DNA from: a bacterium
GTDB taxonomy: Bacteria > SM23-31
Assembly: GCA_965249485.1 (NCBI GenBank)
Contig: CBDFMG010000005.1
Location: 97,337-161,336 of the forward strand
DNA: 64,000 nt
Reading direction: 5' to 3'
The notes beneath the pieces were generated by a model that saw nothing but the letters and a program-made list of their open reading frames with translations, made no database searches and was not told where the DNA came from. Shown piece after piece: positions 37,339 to 47,641 of the stretch. Positions within the stretch are counted from its first letter, which is position 1; every line of letters starts with the position of its first letter. The position numbers were made by a program, and so were the translations under genes.

Positions 37339-39372
37339 TTAATCAAGTGCGTCGACGTTTTTGGTATTTGCCTTGATTTGATTTCGCAGGTCTTTTTCAT
37401 CGATATGGCGTCTTTCTGACATCTCTGCGACGGCTCTTTGGCTTGCGACGTTTGGGTCAATACTGCGATCAGCAGACGTTATTGAAGATACTATCGAATC
37501 CATGTCTGCTTGTGTCGGATTATTTTGTTCCATCGCGGTATTAATCTTGCCCTTCCATTCTGCGATTTTTTCAGCTTGGGCTGGAGTTGTGTGTCCCTCG
37601 TTTTTTCTTTGTAATGTATTAATTGACTCATTCACAGCTTCAATGTTTTCATCTTTCGTCTTTGTATGATCATATTTCATTGGATTTCCATTTCCGTCTG
37701 TAATTCCAGACTGACCCATTTGTCCAACAAATCCAGGTGTCTGGTTTGCAGTGGGATCAGATGTAAACATCTCGTCAATTGCACCGTGCTGCTGCGCCTT
37801 GTCTGCGAACTGCGGACCTCCTCCACCTCCGCCACTTTGTGCAGCAGACTGCATGCCGTGGCCTACTGCTGCAGGATTCAGACCGCCACCCAAACCGGGA
37901 ACCATGCCGACACTGCCGTGAGACTGAAGGAGTCCGCCTCCAAAACCTCCCAGGCCACCCTTGAGCATGGCAAGGCCTCCGCTTCCCTTGTTTTTCATGG
38001 CGCCGCTCACACCGCCTGTGGCTGCCATGCCCGTAACCATTGCTGCTGACTGGACTGCAGAGGACACTGTCTGTGTCGCCATCTGCGTTGCAGACTTTAG
38101 TAAGGGAACCATCAGGACAGGCAGTGTGACTGCAAAGAACACGACACCGATTGCGGTAATCCACGTATGCACGTGATCAAAGCCGCCGCCTGTCTGCGGA
38201 GTCTGCAAAATTGCGCCGGCACCAACCACCAGGATCACAGAAGACATCAGCGGTATCAGCATCAGGGCGGGTATTGCGTCAATGAACTTGTTTGCAATCT
38301 CGTCGCCCTTTGGAATTAGCGACAGCATCAAAAAGAGTGGAAGTCCTGCAACAACCATCGCAGTCAGCATGTCAGTCATTATGCCGATGATCAAGGCCAT
38401 TATGAATATCTGAAGTCCGACAAGTGCCTTTGTCAGGCCGAGGAAAATGTTTGTAAAGGCGCCCTCTGTGCCCTTCTGGATAGAGTCCCCCAAATCACCC
38501 ATCCAGTTGCTTGCAGAGTCGATGTTGAGGCCCGTGCTGTTTTTCAAATCGGGAACATGCGTTGAGCGGAGCATCTGGCCAAAGACATACCTTACCTTAA
38601 AGTCGGGCTTGCAGATCTCCTCGTACCTGTGGCCGTGCAAGTCAACTATGTTGCTGTCAGTCTTCTGGCGGTCTGGAATGAACGGCGAGTCGTGATACTT
38701 TGACACCGCGAGAGACGGCGAATCATAATACTCGGCAGGGCACGGGTTCTGCTCGTCAAAGGAGTACAGTGGGTTTAGAATCCACCTGGATACGTCCTCG
38801 ATTACGAGCGTTGTTCCGTCCCAGAATGGGGGAAACACAAGAATCACAAGCAGAAACAGCACTCCCTTTGAGAGTATCTTGTTTGACGTGCCGGCCCTCA
38901 CAATTCCTGTCTCAGTTGATTCCAGCACTCGTGCGATTCCGGCGTAGATGAAAGCAATGACCATGGCACCAACTGCAATGTATCGCATCTGCACGTACGT
39001 GTCAAACATCTCGTTTCCGCCCTCACCTGTATCAGTTACCTCGTATCCGAATCCCGGCGTGACAAGTACGAGGTCAAGGTAGGTGCTCTCTATGATCCCT
39101 CCAAAGCTGATGACAACGCCGACTAGGGCAAATATCATGACAATCACGCCGCCAATCATTATCATTGATCCAAACGCCGGGCTTTTTGCTTGCATCACAC
39201 CAAAATTGCCGTTACAATATAAGGCCAATTTTGTCCTCGGTTCTGTCAACTGGCACTCAACATTCGAGTCCGCCAAAGGCGCAGCAGAACCAGAACCCCA
39301 ATGGAGTACAAAAAATGAGGGATGCCAAACCCGCCTTGATCGATAACTTTTTAATTTCCAAAAATAATACAA
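37339..39372 (-). CDS. VirB6/TrbL-like polytopic membrane protein with a Gly-rich region
   Basis: Multiple TM helices. A long Gly/Ala/Gln-rich segment resembles TrbL tails. Paralogous to ORF 43100-44428 (shared ...MTDMLTAMV...LPLFL..LSLIP and NP.YS.D...PCP... blocks). Confidence 0.45.
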   Translation of the reverse strand: MYYFWKLKSYRSRRVWHPSFFVLHWGSGSAAPLADSNVECQLTEPRTKLALYCNGNFGVMQAKSPAFGSMIMIGGVIVMIFALVGVVISFGGIIESTYLDLVLVTPGFGYEVTDTGEGGNEMFDTYVQMRYIAVGAMVIAFIYAGIARVLESTETGIVRAGTSNKILSKGVLFLLVILVFPPFWDGTTLVIEDVSRWILNPLYSFDEQNPCPAEYYDSPSLAVSKYHDSPFIPDRQKTDSNIVDLHGHRYEEICKPDFKVRYVFGQMLRSTHVPDLKNSTGLNIDSASNWMGDLGDSIQKGTEGAFTNIFLGLTKALVGLQIFIMALIIGIMTDMLTAMVVAGLPLFLMLSLIPKGDEIANKFIDAIPALMLIPLMSSVILVVGAGAILQTPQTGGGFDHVHTWITAIGVVFFAVTLPVLMVPLLKSATQMATQTVSSAVQSAAMVTGMAATGGVSGAMKNKGSGGLAMLKGGLGGFGGGLLQSHGSVGMVPGLGGGLNPAAVGHGMQSAAQSGGGGGGPQFADKAQQHGAIDEMFTSDPTANQTPGFVGQMGQSGITDGNGNPMKYDHTKTKDENIEAVNESINTLQRKNEGHTTPAQAEKIAEWKGKINTAMEQNNPTQADMDSIVSSITSADRSIDPNVASQRAVAEMSERRHIDEKDLRNQIKANTKNVDALD

Positions 39373-40401
39373 TATTGCCTGACAAGCAATATATGAGAAT
39401 TACAAAAATCAGGGCAAGAAAGCCCACACCGTTCAGGGTTGGGATGAATCGCCCAAAGACTTCAAGTATCAGAAAAACATTATGATATCATTGAACAAAT
39501 CAAAAAATATTGGATTTGAGATCAACACGAGAATCAGTAACACAGATGATTCAGTTCTCATTGGCTCGAATATTAATCAAAATCTAAAAAATGCGAATAT
39601 AAAAAAAATCAATGCATTACTCTACATTGTTGAATCATGAACCTCTAATTGAAAGATATGTGGATGTTAGTAAATTAGCTGGAGAAACTCACAAATTAAT
39701 TGCATTACAAATAGTTGCCACAGAGAAAACATATTCGTCAGAAGAAGGAGATGATTTCAAATTGACACTGACAAAACGTGGTATGATCATACTTAAAAAT
39801 TTACAAAATATGGTGATGATATGAAATGGTTGCATAGACGTAATAACAAAGCATCGAGGACTAGTCTTGAATGAAATAGATGTGATGAAAAAAGCGTTAG
39901 CTGATTCAGATGATGCAGTAAAATTAAAAAACATGAATGAAGAGTTAATGCAACATCTTTCAGGCTCTGTTTACTGGCTAATCAAATATTCTGAAAAATA
40001 CAACATTACATTACCCAAAAAGGAAGAATTGATACGAATGGTTGAAAAGGCAGATCTTATGATTAATCAAATGACTCAAAGAGCCGATCCGACGATTTTT
40101 GACAAAGAGAATTTCCGACGTAGACTTGACAGAACCCGAAAAATGGATCAAGGAGACTGAAAACAAATGAGCCACATCAAGCAACAACAAGTCAAAAAAA
40201 TAATTTCTACGAGTCCATATTAACAACAAGGTTATTATTCTACCAGATGTTCACATGTAAATTATGTCAAAAAAAATAAAACAAATTATAGAAAAAATTG
40301 AACGTGAAAGTTACCAAAACCAGACAGTAGTTCACCGAGCAAATAATTATGATGATGAATTGGATCCTGATTGTTTAAGATTGAGTTCACATTCATAAAA
40401 A

Positions 40402-40557
40402 ATGCCAAATTTTAGTGACATTCAGAAAGAAATTGAACACGAAGATATTCCCACCAAGTATATTATGACAGGTGAAGAAAAAAAGAAGTTGAAAAAATCA
40501 GTAGAAAAGAGCCTAAAACAAAACAAGCTAGTCTATGAAATGCTTCATGACCTTTAA
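40402..40557 (+). CDS. Putative Phd-like antitoxin
   Basis: 51-aa ORF MPNFSDIQKEIEHEDIPTKY... ending about 20 nt inside the Doc-family gene. Too short for the ORF track. Confidence 0.3.
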   Translation: MPNFSDIQKEIEHEDIPTKYIMTGEEKKKLKKSVEKSLKQNKLVYEMLHDL

Positions 40558-41176
40558 TGTCATAACATCTGATGAAATTATTTTCATTCATGAAATAATT
40601 GAAAAGAACTTTGGGTTGCCTAAAGGGCATATCAAAGTTGGCGACTTGGAAACATTACTTGAAAAAAGCAATGGCGTACCATTTTCAGAAAACCGTTATG
40701 ATTTGTTCATGCAAGCGTCAATTATTTTTGAAGGAATAGCAAGACTGCATATTTTTACAGACGGAAACAAAAGAACTGCATTAGAAGCAACAAGACAGTT
40801 TCTAAGTCAGAACAACCACGTTTTTATCATTCCACTAAGTGGAACCAATTTCATATACAATGTGGCAAGGAATGAAACCCATGATACTGACGGGTTAGTA
40901 TCTGACATTTCTGTATGGGTAAAAACGCATTCAGCAAAAATAAGTGAACGGTATAAAATTGCAGGTTTGCTGTTTTTACATCTTCTGCTGCCTTTGAAAC
41001 TGGTTAATTTTTTCTCAAAGATAAAACTAAATCGAATCAGCAGGTGGATACTATACAGATATTTAGAAAACGAGGATCCAAAAATAACAGAGCTCATGTT
41101 TTCAATCTATGAAAAACAGCTCGGTCTTTTTCAACCATCAGCAAAAGGGCATGAAAAACAAGACAAGACACCTTAG
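40535..41176 (+). CDS. Doc/Fic-family toxin
   Basis: HIFTDGNKRTALEA matches the Doc motif HxFx(D/N)GNKR. Confidence 0.6.
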   Translation: MKCFMTFNVITSDEIIFIHEIIEKNFGLPKGHIKVGDLETLLEKSNGVPFSENRYDLFMQASIIFEGIARLHIFTDGNKRTALEATRQFLSQNNHVFIIPLSGTNFIYNVARNETHDTDGLVSDISVWVKTHSAKISERYKIAGLLFLHLLLPLKLVNFFSKIKLNRISRWILYRYLENEDPKITELMFSIYEKQLGLFQPSAKGHEKQDKTP

Positions 41177-41377
41177 TGCAAATTTGCACAAAGGCTCTGT
41201 CAATCGATTCTCATCATTTGAACTTCAACTACACAATAGGCGTTTCCTGATATGACCATCCTCGTTCCTCTATGATTTCCTGTCATCCGTATTAATCCTT
41301 CACTGTTCTTTTTTCTGAACTGACATGCAGTACGTTCACCTTGTATTGCATCATTTGTGCGATAATGAATTGGCATG

Positions 41378-41683
41378 TCATTCTAACTTTTCAGTAATTT
41401 GTTCACTTTCTTTTAATTCAGACATTACATCCATCACCATTTTTAGATCTAAATCATATTCATTAGCTATGTCACTTGGATAAAATGCCTGACCAGTACT
41501 GATTTCTTTTAATACAATCTTCTTTACACTTTCTCTATCCAAGTCAAAATTATCCTCATCTTTGCTTGCTTGTGTTTCATCCAATCCATGAATCCTGACC
41601 ATATCCCACAATGTTTTATTCTCCGTTAACAGTCTTTCCATTAACTCACACAATTCACTAGTCAGATATGTCAAACTGTTCAC
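41378..41683 (-). CDS. Small acidic hypothetical protein
   Basis: 101-aa ORF with no motif. Confidence 0.3.
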   Translation of the reverse strand: MNSLTYLTSELCELMERLLTENKTLWDMVRIHGLDETQASKDEDNFDLDRESVKKIVLKEISTGQAFYPSDIANEYDLDLKMVMDVMSELKESEQITEKLE

Positions 41684-41875
41684 GTCGCCATATTCATTTT
41701 TCTGGAATTCATCTTCTCTGCTATGTCTGAATCTATTTTGCCTTTAACTTTCTTTGGAATTTGACATTCAATTGACATCAACTCCAAATCACTAAATACA
41801 CTTTCTAAAACCTCACTTACGAACAATCATCATCCGATGGTATAATTATGGCATTAGCCCAAAAATTATTAGAAA

Positions 41876-42736
41876 TTGTCACGTTATAAAAACCCAAGAA
41901 TTAATGTGAATATGAGTTCCGCCAAAGGAGTTATGATTGGCATTGTCGTACTAATTATTATTGGAGTTGCAGTAGCTTCTGCAGTACAAATCGTAGATGC
42001 GGGGCATAGAGGTGTTTTACTGCATTGGAATGCAGTTGATGTAACTGCCCAACCTTTAGAAGAAGGGCTTCACTTTGTAATGCCATTTGCAGATTCTGTT
42101 GTCAATATGGAAGTTAGAACACTAAAGTTTGTAAAATCAACATCTTCAGCATCTAAAGACCTTCAGACAGTTTCTACTGAAATTACAGTAAACTACCATC
42201 CATCTCCTGATTCAGTTAACTTCCTCTACAAAGAAGTTGGTCTTGACTATGAGAACAGAATTATCACGCCAACTGTAGAAGAAGTTGTAAAACAAGTTAC
42301 TGCAAACTATAACGCTGAGGAATTAATCACAAAAAGACCACAAGTAAAATCTGACATTGAAGCACAGATTAACAGTCGTTTGGTTGGCTTTAACGTTATT
42401 ACAGAAATAGTATCAATTACTGACTTTCAATTCTCAGCACTATTTGCACGAGCAATTGAAGATAAAGTAGAGGCAGAACAAAAGGCACTAAAGGCAGAAA
42501 ATGACCTTAGAAGAATCGAGGTAGAGGCAAGACAACATGCGGCAGAGGCAGAAGGTATTGCTGCAGCAAACATTGCAGAAGCAAACGGTGAAGCCGAAGC
42601 AATTAGAATTATTAACGAAGCCCTATCATCCAACCCTAACTATTTGGAATGGCTAAAAACACAAGCATGGGATGGAAGATTACCATTGGTAGTTGGTGAA
42701 GGCGGAACACCATTTATTGCAATCCCAACTGAATAA
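41876..42736 (+). CDS. SPFH/band-7 (prohibitin/stomatin-like) membrane protein
   Basis: N-terminal TM segment, SPFH core (GHRGVLLHW...MPFADSVVNMEVR...), and a C-terminal Ala/Glu-rich coiled coil (EAEQKALKAENDLRRIEVEARQHAAEAEG). Confidence 0.65.
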   Translation: MSRYKNPRINVNMSSAKGVMIGIVVLIIIGVAVASAVQIVDAGHRGVLLHWNAVDVTAQPLEEGLHFVMPFADSVVNMEVRTLKFVKSTSSASKDLQTVSTEITVNYHPSPDSVNFLYKEVGLDYENRIITPTVEEVVKQVTANYNAEELITKRPQVKSDIEAQINSRLVGFNVITEIVSITDFQFSALFARAIEDKVEAEQKALKAENDLRRIEVEARQHAAEAEGIAAANIAEANGEAEAIRIINEALSSNPNYLEWLKTQAWDGRLPLVVGEGGTPFIAIPTE

Positions 42737-42834
42737 TTCCTGTCTAATTCTTTTTCTCAGCATCTGATTTGTCTCTTACAGTGCTGTGTTTCTCAACGTG
42801 ACTAGTTTGCCCAACTAATTCTACCAAACAAGCT

Positions 42835-43098
42835 TTGGATCAGAACATTTTGTATTATTTTATGAATAGGAATTGGAAAAAATACAACACATCACTAGTT
42901 AGACGTGGGGAAATCATGCTCTCCTTTGATGCCGTGGAACAGTGGGGTACAGAACTCAAGGAGATGAACCACAAAAAGGAAGGACGTCAGTATATCTATC
43001 CTGAATCCTTCATGGAGGCACTAGGGGAAGTGACGCTTGTGGAGAGTGCAAAGCATTCAATGAAACAGGAAGAGGCCACCGTACTTGTACGGTGGTAG
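42835..43098 (+). pseudogene. N-terminal fragment of an IS5-family transposase, truncated by a type-1 hairpin repeat
   Basis: ...SFDAVEQWGTELKEMNHKKEGRQYIYPESFMEALG matches the N-terminal region of ORF 11239-12075. The reading frame runs into the repeat (ccaccgtacttgtacggtgg) and stops. Confidence 0.5.
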
Positions 43099-43099
43099 T

Positions 43100-44428
43100 T
43101 CACTCTTCACCTTTACCACCAGCAGCACCGCCGTCTTTCTCAGGACTGGACATAGCGCTACCCTCGTGCGCCGTTATTCCGCCTTTGATGCCACCAGACA
43201 CGCTGCCCTTGAACCCACCTTTTGCGTAACCCTGTATTGCGCCCTTTCCTGCCATGGCAGTGATGAATAACGCCGTAGTTACTGCCGATGTCATCACCTG
43301 CATTGTAGATCCTACAACTGATGAGAGCAGTGGCACCATTAGCATCGGAATGGATACTGCAAAAAATACCACGCCAAGCGATGCAATCCAGACATATATC
43401 AGAGTGGTGTCAAAGCCTGCAATTATCTCACCTGTGTTTGCAGTGCCTGCCGATGCGATAAAGCTCGCACCGACACTGATTACAATTGCAGAGACCAGCG
43501 GTATGAGGTACAGTCCCGGCAGTGCCTGCAGGAACTTTGCGACGATTTTGTCAAAGCGCGGAATCAGCGACAGTGCCAGGAACAGCGGCAGTGACACAAT
43601 CACCATCGCAGTCAGCATGTCAGTCATCATGCTGATTATCATGGACAGCAGTGAAACGTTGATCACTATTATTGCCTGTGCAAACCCGAAAAACGTGTCT
43701 GCCAGCACGTTTGTAAACGCGCCGGATATCTGATTGGTGATCCATTCCAGCGTGTTTGCGCCCTCGGGCAGTTCATATGATGCGGTGCCTGCCATCTGCT
43801 GTATGACATAGTGGACCTTAAAGTCAGGCCTGCACACTATCTCTGCCTTTTTGATGTCGGTTCCAAAAAAGTCATACGCCGTTCCGTCCTTGTCATACTT
43901 TGAGTCGTTGTATTCGCGGATTATTTTTTGATCAGACCAGTCATCAGGACACGGCGAGTCGGGGTCGTATGAATAGTTCGGGTTTAGCACCCATACTGCT
44001 GCAATCTCCATTCCGTCAGCTACTGCATCCCATATGAATGGAAACAGCGCAATCAGAAATATGATCATGACACATCTTGAGATTAGCTTTCCTCCCAGCC
44101 CCTTTTGTACGGTTGAGACTTCGGACTGCTCAAAAAATTTCAGCAGTACTGCAACTACGACGACCACTGCAATCAGGATCAGTGCCAGAAATCGCATCTG
44201 CGTGAATGTCTCAAATATGTAGTTTCCATGCTCTGTGCCGTCATTTTGTATGGAATACTCAAAGACCGGCAGTGTGATCAGCTGAAGCGTGTACGCGCTG
44301 TCCATCATGTCGCCTATGTCGTTTGCAATATTGGAAAAGGTAATCTGTATGAGTATTATGGCAAGTATGGTTACTGCAGCGTCTATCAGCTCTGTGATGA
44401 TTGCCGGGTGTTGTTTTTTCAACAACAC
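43100..44428 (-). CDS. VirB6/TrbL-like polytopic membrane protein, paralog of 37339-39372
   Basis: 442 aa with multiple TM helices. Shares conserved blocks with 37339-39372. Lys/Gly-rich tail. Confidence 0.45.
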   Translation of the reverse strand: MLLKKQHPAIITELIDAAVTILAIILIQITFSNIANDIGDMMDSAYTLQLITLPVFEYSIQNDGTEHGNYIFETFTQMRFLALILIAVVVVVAVLLKFFEQSEVSTVQKGLGGKLISRCVMIIFLIALFPFIWDAVADGMEIAAVWVLNPNYSYDPDSPCPDDWSDQKIIREYNDSKYDKDGTAYDFFGTDIKKAEIVCRPDFKVHYVIQQMAGTASYELPEGANTLEWITNQISGAFTNVLADTFFGFAQAIIVINVSLLSMIISMMTDMLTAMVIVSLPLFLALSLIPRFDKIVAKFLQALPGLYLIPLVSAIVISVGASFIASAGTANTGEIIAGFDTTLIYVWIASLGVVFFAVSIPMLMVPLLSSVVGSTMQVMTSAVTTALFITAMAGKGAIQGYAKGGFKGSVSGGIKGGITAHEGSAMSSPEKDGGAAGGKGEE

Positions 44429-44658
44429 CCAAGGCAGTATTCATTATAAGGAGCGTGGATTTCTCAAAGAGGATTCCGTGAACTGCCGCCGTACAAGTAC
44501 GGCGGCCTTCTCGCCGTGTGATTATAAATTGTCATCCTGCATGTTGGCCTTTGTGCAAATTTGCACAGAGGTTCTGTCAACTGAGACTCGGCATTTGAGT
44601 CCGCCAAAGGCGCAGCAGAATCCAGGGGCCTTATAAACAACTACACATCTGATGGGTA

Positions 44659-46155
44659 TTGTTTGGATGGAAGAAATCAGAAAAAGAAGAGTCCGTAAAG
44701 TACAAGCTATCGCACATGGATGTTGACGTTACAGGGCTTGACATAGTGGAGGAATACAAGGTAGGCAAGGTAAAAGTCTACATCACGTCAGACTCAAGAT
44801 ACCTGGTAAAAGAGCCGCCTATAGGCGACTCTGCAGTGAATTTGTACAATACCATCATCGACAAAATTAACATGGGAGTCGAGCTAACAGACGCGGATAA
44901 GGACCCCAAAGTTCTTGCCGACAAGCTGGAAAAGGCATTTTGGGATACTGCAAAGAGACTTGAAAGGTATGACGAGGCGACACGGATGTTTCCTGACCTG
45001 ACGTACTACATTCACCGCGAGATGCTAGGTTATGGGATTATTGATCCGCTGATGAAGGATCCTGCAATCGAGGATATCCTGTGCTCTGCATACGACAGAA
45101 ACGTCCGCGTGATACACAAAAGATATTCCGGCATTCACCACAGCCTTGAGACAAACATTGCATTTGAGAGCGTCACTGAGATGGAGAGGTTCATCCAGAA
45201 GGTGTATAGTAAGACAGGTACGGAGCCCACAGAATCAAGACCGATGTCTGTCACACACATGGCAGACGGCTCCAGAATCTCTGCCACCTTTGGAAAACAG
45301 GTGACACAGCCTGGCCCGATAATTGCGATACGAAAGTTTCCAACAGAGCCGTTTACGATAACCGACATGCTAAAGACAGGGCACCTGTCATCTCAGATGG
45401 CAGCATACATCTGGACTATGCTTGATGCAAAGGCAGTGGGGCTGGTAATCGGTGTCACAGGATCCGGCAAGACTACCCTGCTTTCTGCGTTTGTATCGAT
45501 GATGAACCCGGGGTGGAGGATACTCACAATTGAGGATACGCTGGAACTGCAGATACCGCATGAGGACTGGGTTAGGGCAAACACCAGAAAAAGCTACGGA
45601 ATGCTTTCAGAGAAATTCGACATACCCATCAGAAGCCTGATTGACATGTCACTTACACAGAGGCCGGACTACGAGATTGTCGGCGAAATCAGACTGGATG
45701 ACATGGATGCGCTGTTTCAGAGTGTCGGCACCGGACACGGCGGGTTGACAAGCTTTCACGCATCAACCCCAGGGGGCGCACTGACTCGAATGAGGGGAAA
45801 CAAGATCAGCGAAGGCGAGCTTGCACTGCTGTGGTTTACGGTGCACTCTGCCAGCATAACAAGGGACGGAGTCGACACAAGAAAGGTGACAGATATCTCA
45901 GAGATAGTGCCAGACGAGATGACCGGCACAGTTGCAGTTAATAACATATTCAAGTATGATATTTTTAAGGACAAGTTTGTGCAGAACCAGTCACTTGAGG
46001 AATCATACAGATACCAGGAGGCCTTGCAGATATGCGGAATCCTAGATCCAAAAGAAGACATGAAAAAAAGAATAGCCCTCCTTGAGCAGTGTGTCAGCAA
46101 GGACGTCTCTGACGTGCACAAGGTCTTTGAGATTCTTAGAAGATATTACGAATGA
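44659..46155 (+). CDS. VirB11/FlaI/GspE-family secretion ATPase
   Basis: Walker A GVTGSGKTTLL. Asp box ILTIEDTLEL. His-box-like RPDYEIVGEIR. 498 aa. Confidence 0.7.
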   Translation: MFGWKKSEKEESVKYKLSHMDVDVTGLDIVEEYKVGKVKVYITSDSRYLVKEPPIGDSAVNLYNTIIDKINMGVELTDADKDPKVLADKLEKAFWDTAKRLERYDEATRMFPDLTYYIHREMLGYGIIDPLMKDPAIEDILCSAYDRNVRVIHKRYSGIHHSLETNIAFESVTEMERFIQKVYSKTGTEPTESRPMSVTHMADGSRISATFGKQVTQPGPIIAIRKFPTEPFTITDMLKTGHLSSQMAAYIWTMLDAKAVGLVIGVTGSGKTTLLSAFVSMMNPGWRILTIEDTLELQIPHEDWVRANTRKSYGMLSEKFDIPIRSLIDMSLTQRPDYEIVGEIRLDDMDALFQSVGTGHGGLTSFHASTPGGALTRMRGNKISEGELALLWFTVHSASITRDGVDTRKVTDISEIVPDEMTGTVAVNNIFKYDIFKDKFVQNQSLEESYRYQEALQICGILDPKEDMKKRIALLEQCVSKDVSDVHKVFEILRRYYE

Positions 46156-46159
46156 CGGC

Positions 46160-47641
46160 CTACATTCCTGTCTGAATGTATGTTGATTTGATAGTCACTT
46201 CTGCATCAACATTGCCAACAGTATCCAATAATACGTAGCCAGGAAGTGAGTGGCTGTCAATGAATCCCATAACATTATTGATCACGTAAAACTCTACAAT
46301 GTCCCCGGATTCTACAGGAACTGATGCGTGCCCTTCGTAACGAAGATCATCATATATGTATTCTATAGATCGTGCGGATACAATTATTGATCCTAAATCT
46401 TCAATGGACGTTATTGGTATGGAAGTTGGACTGTCATTATACCCAAGCGGTACTGACTTTACCAAATCACCGTTCACATAGACGTCCATAGTATTTGTCA
46501 GTGGATCTACTGGTGGTGGCGGTGGCGGTGGGATTGATCTGTCTTTGTAATAGTACGTATTGCTAAGTTTCATGGTTCCTGTAACCTCTGAATTAAACAA
46601 TGCGTTCATTGTGCCATCTGTACTGGCAATGGCATATGCAGATGCAACGACAGTGACACTTCCTTCCCTTACCTCATACGGATAAAATTCATTTTTAGTA
46701 GAAGTCTTGTCTTCAATCAAAAACAGCTCACGCTGACCCAGATTGTTGCCGTATTCAATTTGCACTTTCTGGGTGCCGTTGAGTATCATGTGTATCACTT
46801 TATGGTTTGCCACAAACGGCACATATACTGATTCCCCTAACTCATACTCCCCTGACAGATATGGAAGTGGAAGCGTTTCATCAAGGGACACATCACTCAC
46901 AGAAACGTCACCTGAAAACGGCACCTTAACGTATGCTATTGCACTGTACATTGAGTTGCTAATTCCAGGATCTGCTACAAACTGACGGTTATGGATGTCA
47001 TATACAGTAGGTGTGTTTGTATTAGTCATCGTCACTACCTCTGAGTCTATGTACAGCGTCAGTTTTACATCATCAACTACTGGCATTTCTGAATCTAAAA
47101 TATTCCATGGAACCTGGCTCGAAGTGATCTCAATTACTCCATCTTCTGTACCAATGCCGTCAACTACCTTCTTCCCATTAATTTCAAGAGAGTATGGCAT
47201 ATTCTCAGGGACGTTTGATATGTGCAAAAGATCAGTCTGTCCTGGTTTGATGTAATTTACACGTACGCCGATGTCACTGTTTTCAAGATCCGCTACAAAA
47301 TACGTTTTATCACTGCTTGGAAGGTTCCATGTCCTTTCAGGTGTCGTAGATTTTGTTTTTACAGGAAGTGAGTCATATATCGTATTATGATGGATGACTG
47401 TGTTTCTCGCCAAGAGGCTCCAGGCATATATCATATTAGGATTATTGCTGAGGACTAATTCTCTTGCAATCCTGCTGTCGCTCAGATTCATATAGTCTAT
47501 TTCTTGTATTTCAAGATAGCCGTTATTATTGAATACCGGCGTAAAAAATGTATTTATAGTGGCATGGTCATACTGGTGAGTAAATGTAAATGAACTCACT
47601 ACATTGTTTGCAGTTCCTCTTCCTGAGATACTTTTGGTCAT
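46160..47641 (-). CDS. Large hypothetical protein, probably extracellular
   Basis: 493 aa, Ser/Thr/Asn-rich with a PPPPPPP tract. Start uncertain. Confidence 0.35.
   Translation of the reverse strand: MTKSISGRGTANNVVSSFTFTHQYDHATINTFFTPVFNNNGYLEIQEIDYMNLSDSRIARELVLSNNPNMIYAWSLLARNTVIHHNTIYDSLPVKTKSTTPERTWNLPSSDKTYFVADLENSDIGVRVNYIKPGQTDLLHISNVPENMPYSLEINGKKVVDGIGTEDGVIEITSSQVPWNILDSEMPVVDDVKLTLYIDSEVVTMTNTNTPTVYDIHNRQFVADPGISNSMYSAIAYVKVPFSGDVSVSDVSLDETLPLPYLSGEYELGESVYVPFVANHKVIHMILNGTQKVQIEYGNNLGQRELFLIEDKTSTKNEFYPYEVREGSVTVVASAYAIASTDGTMNALFNSEVTGTMKLSNTYYYKDRSIPPPPPPPVDPLTNTMDVYVNGDLVKSVPLGYNDSPTSIPITSIEDLGSIIVSARSIEYIYDDLRYEGHASVPVESGDIVEFYVINNVMGFIDSHSLPGYVLLDTVGNVDAEVTIKSTYIQTGM

Noticed and set aside
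37666-38176. Cys/Arg-rich ORFs on both strands inside 37339-39372
   Set aside because: They are alternative-frame translations of the GC-rich Gly-codon tract (GGC/GGT repeats) and are not protein-like.
32858-44625. Type-2 repeats as tRNA 3' fragments or classical attL/attR sites
   Set aside because: The TTCGAGTCC-like stretch has no complementary T-stem flanks and no acceptor-stem pairing, and there are four copies rather than two. They are kept as a repeat family of unknown role.
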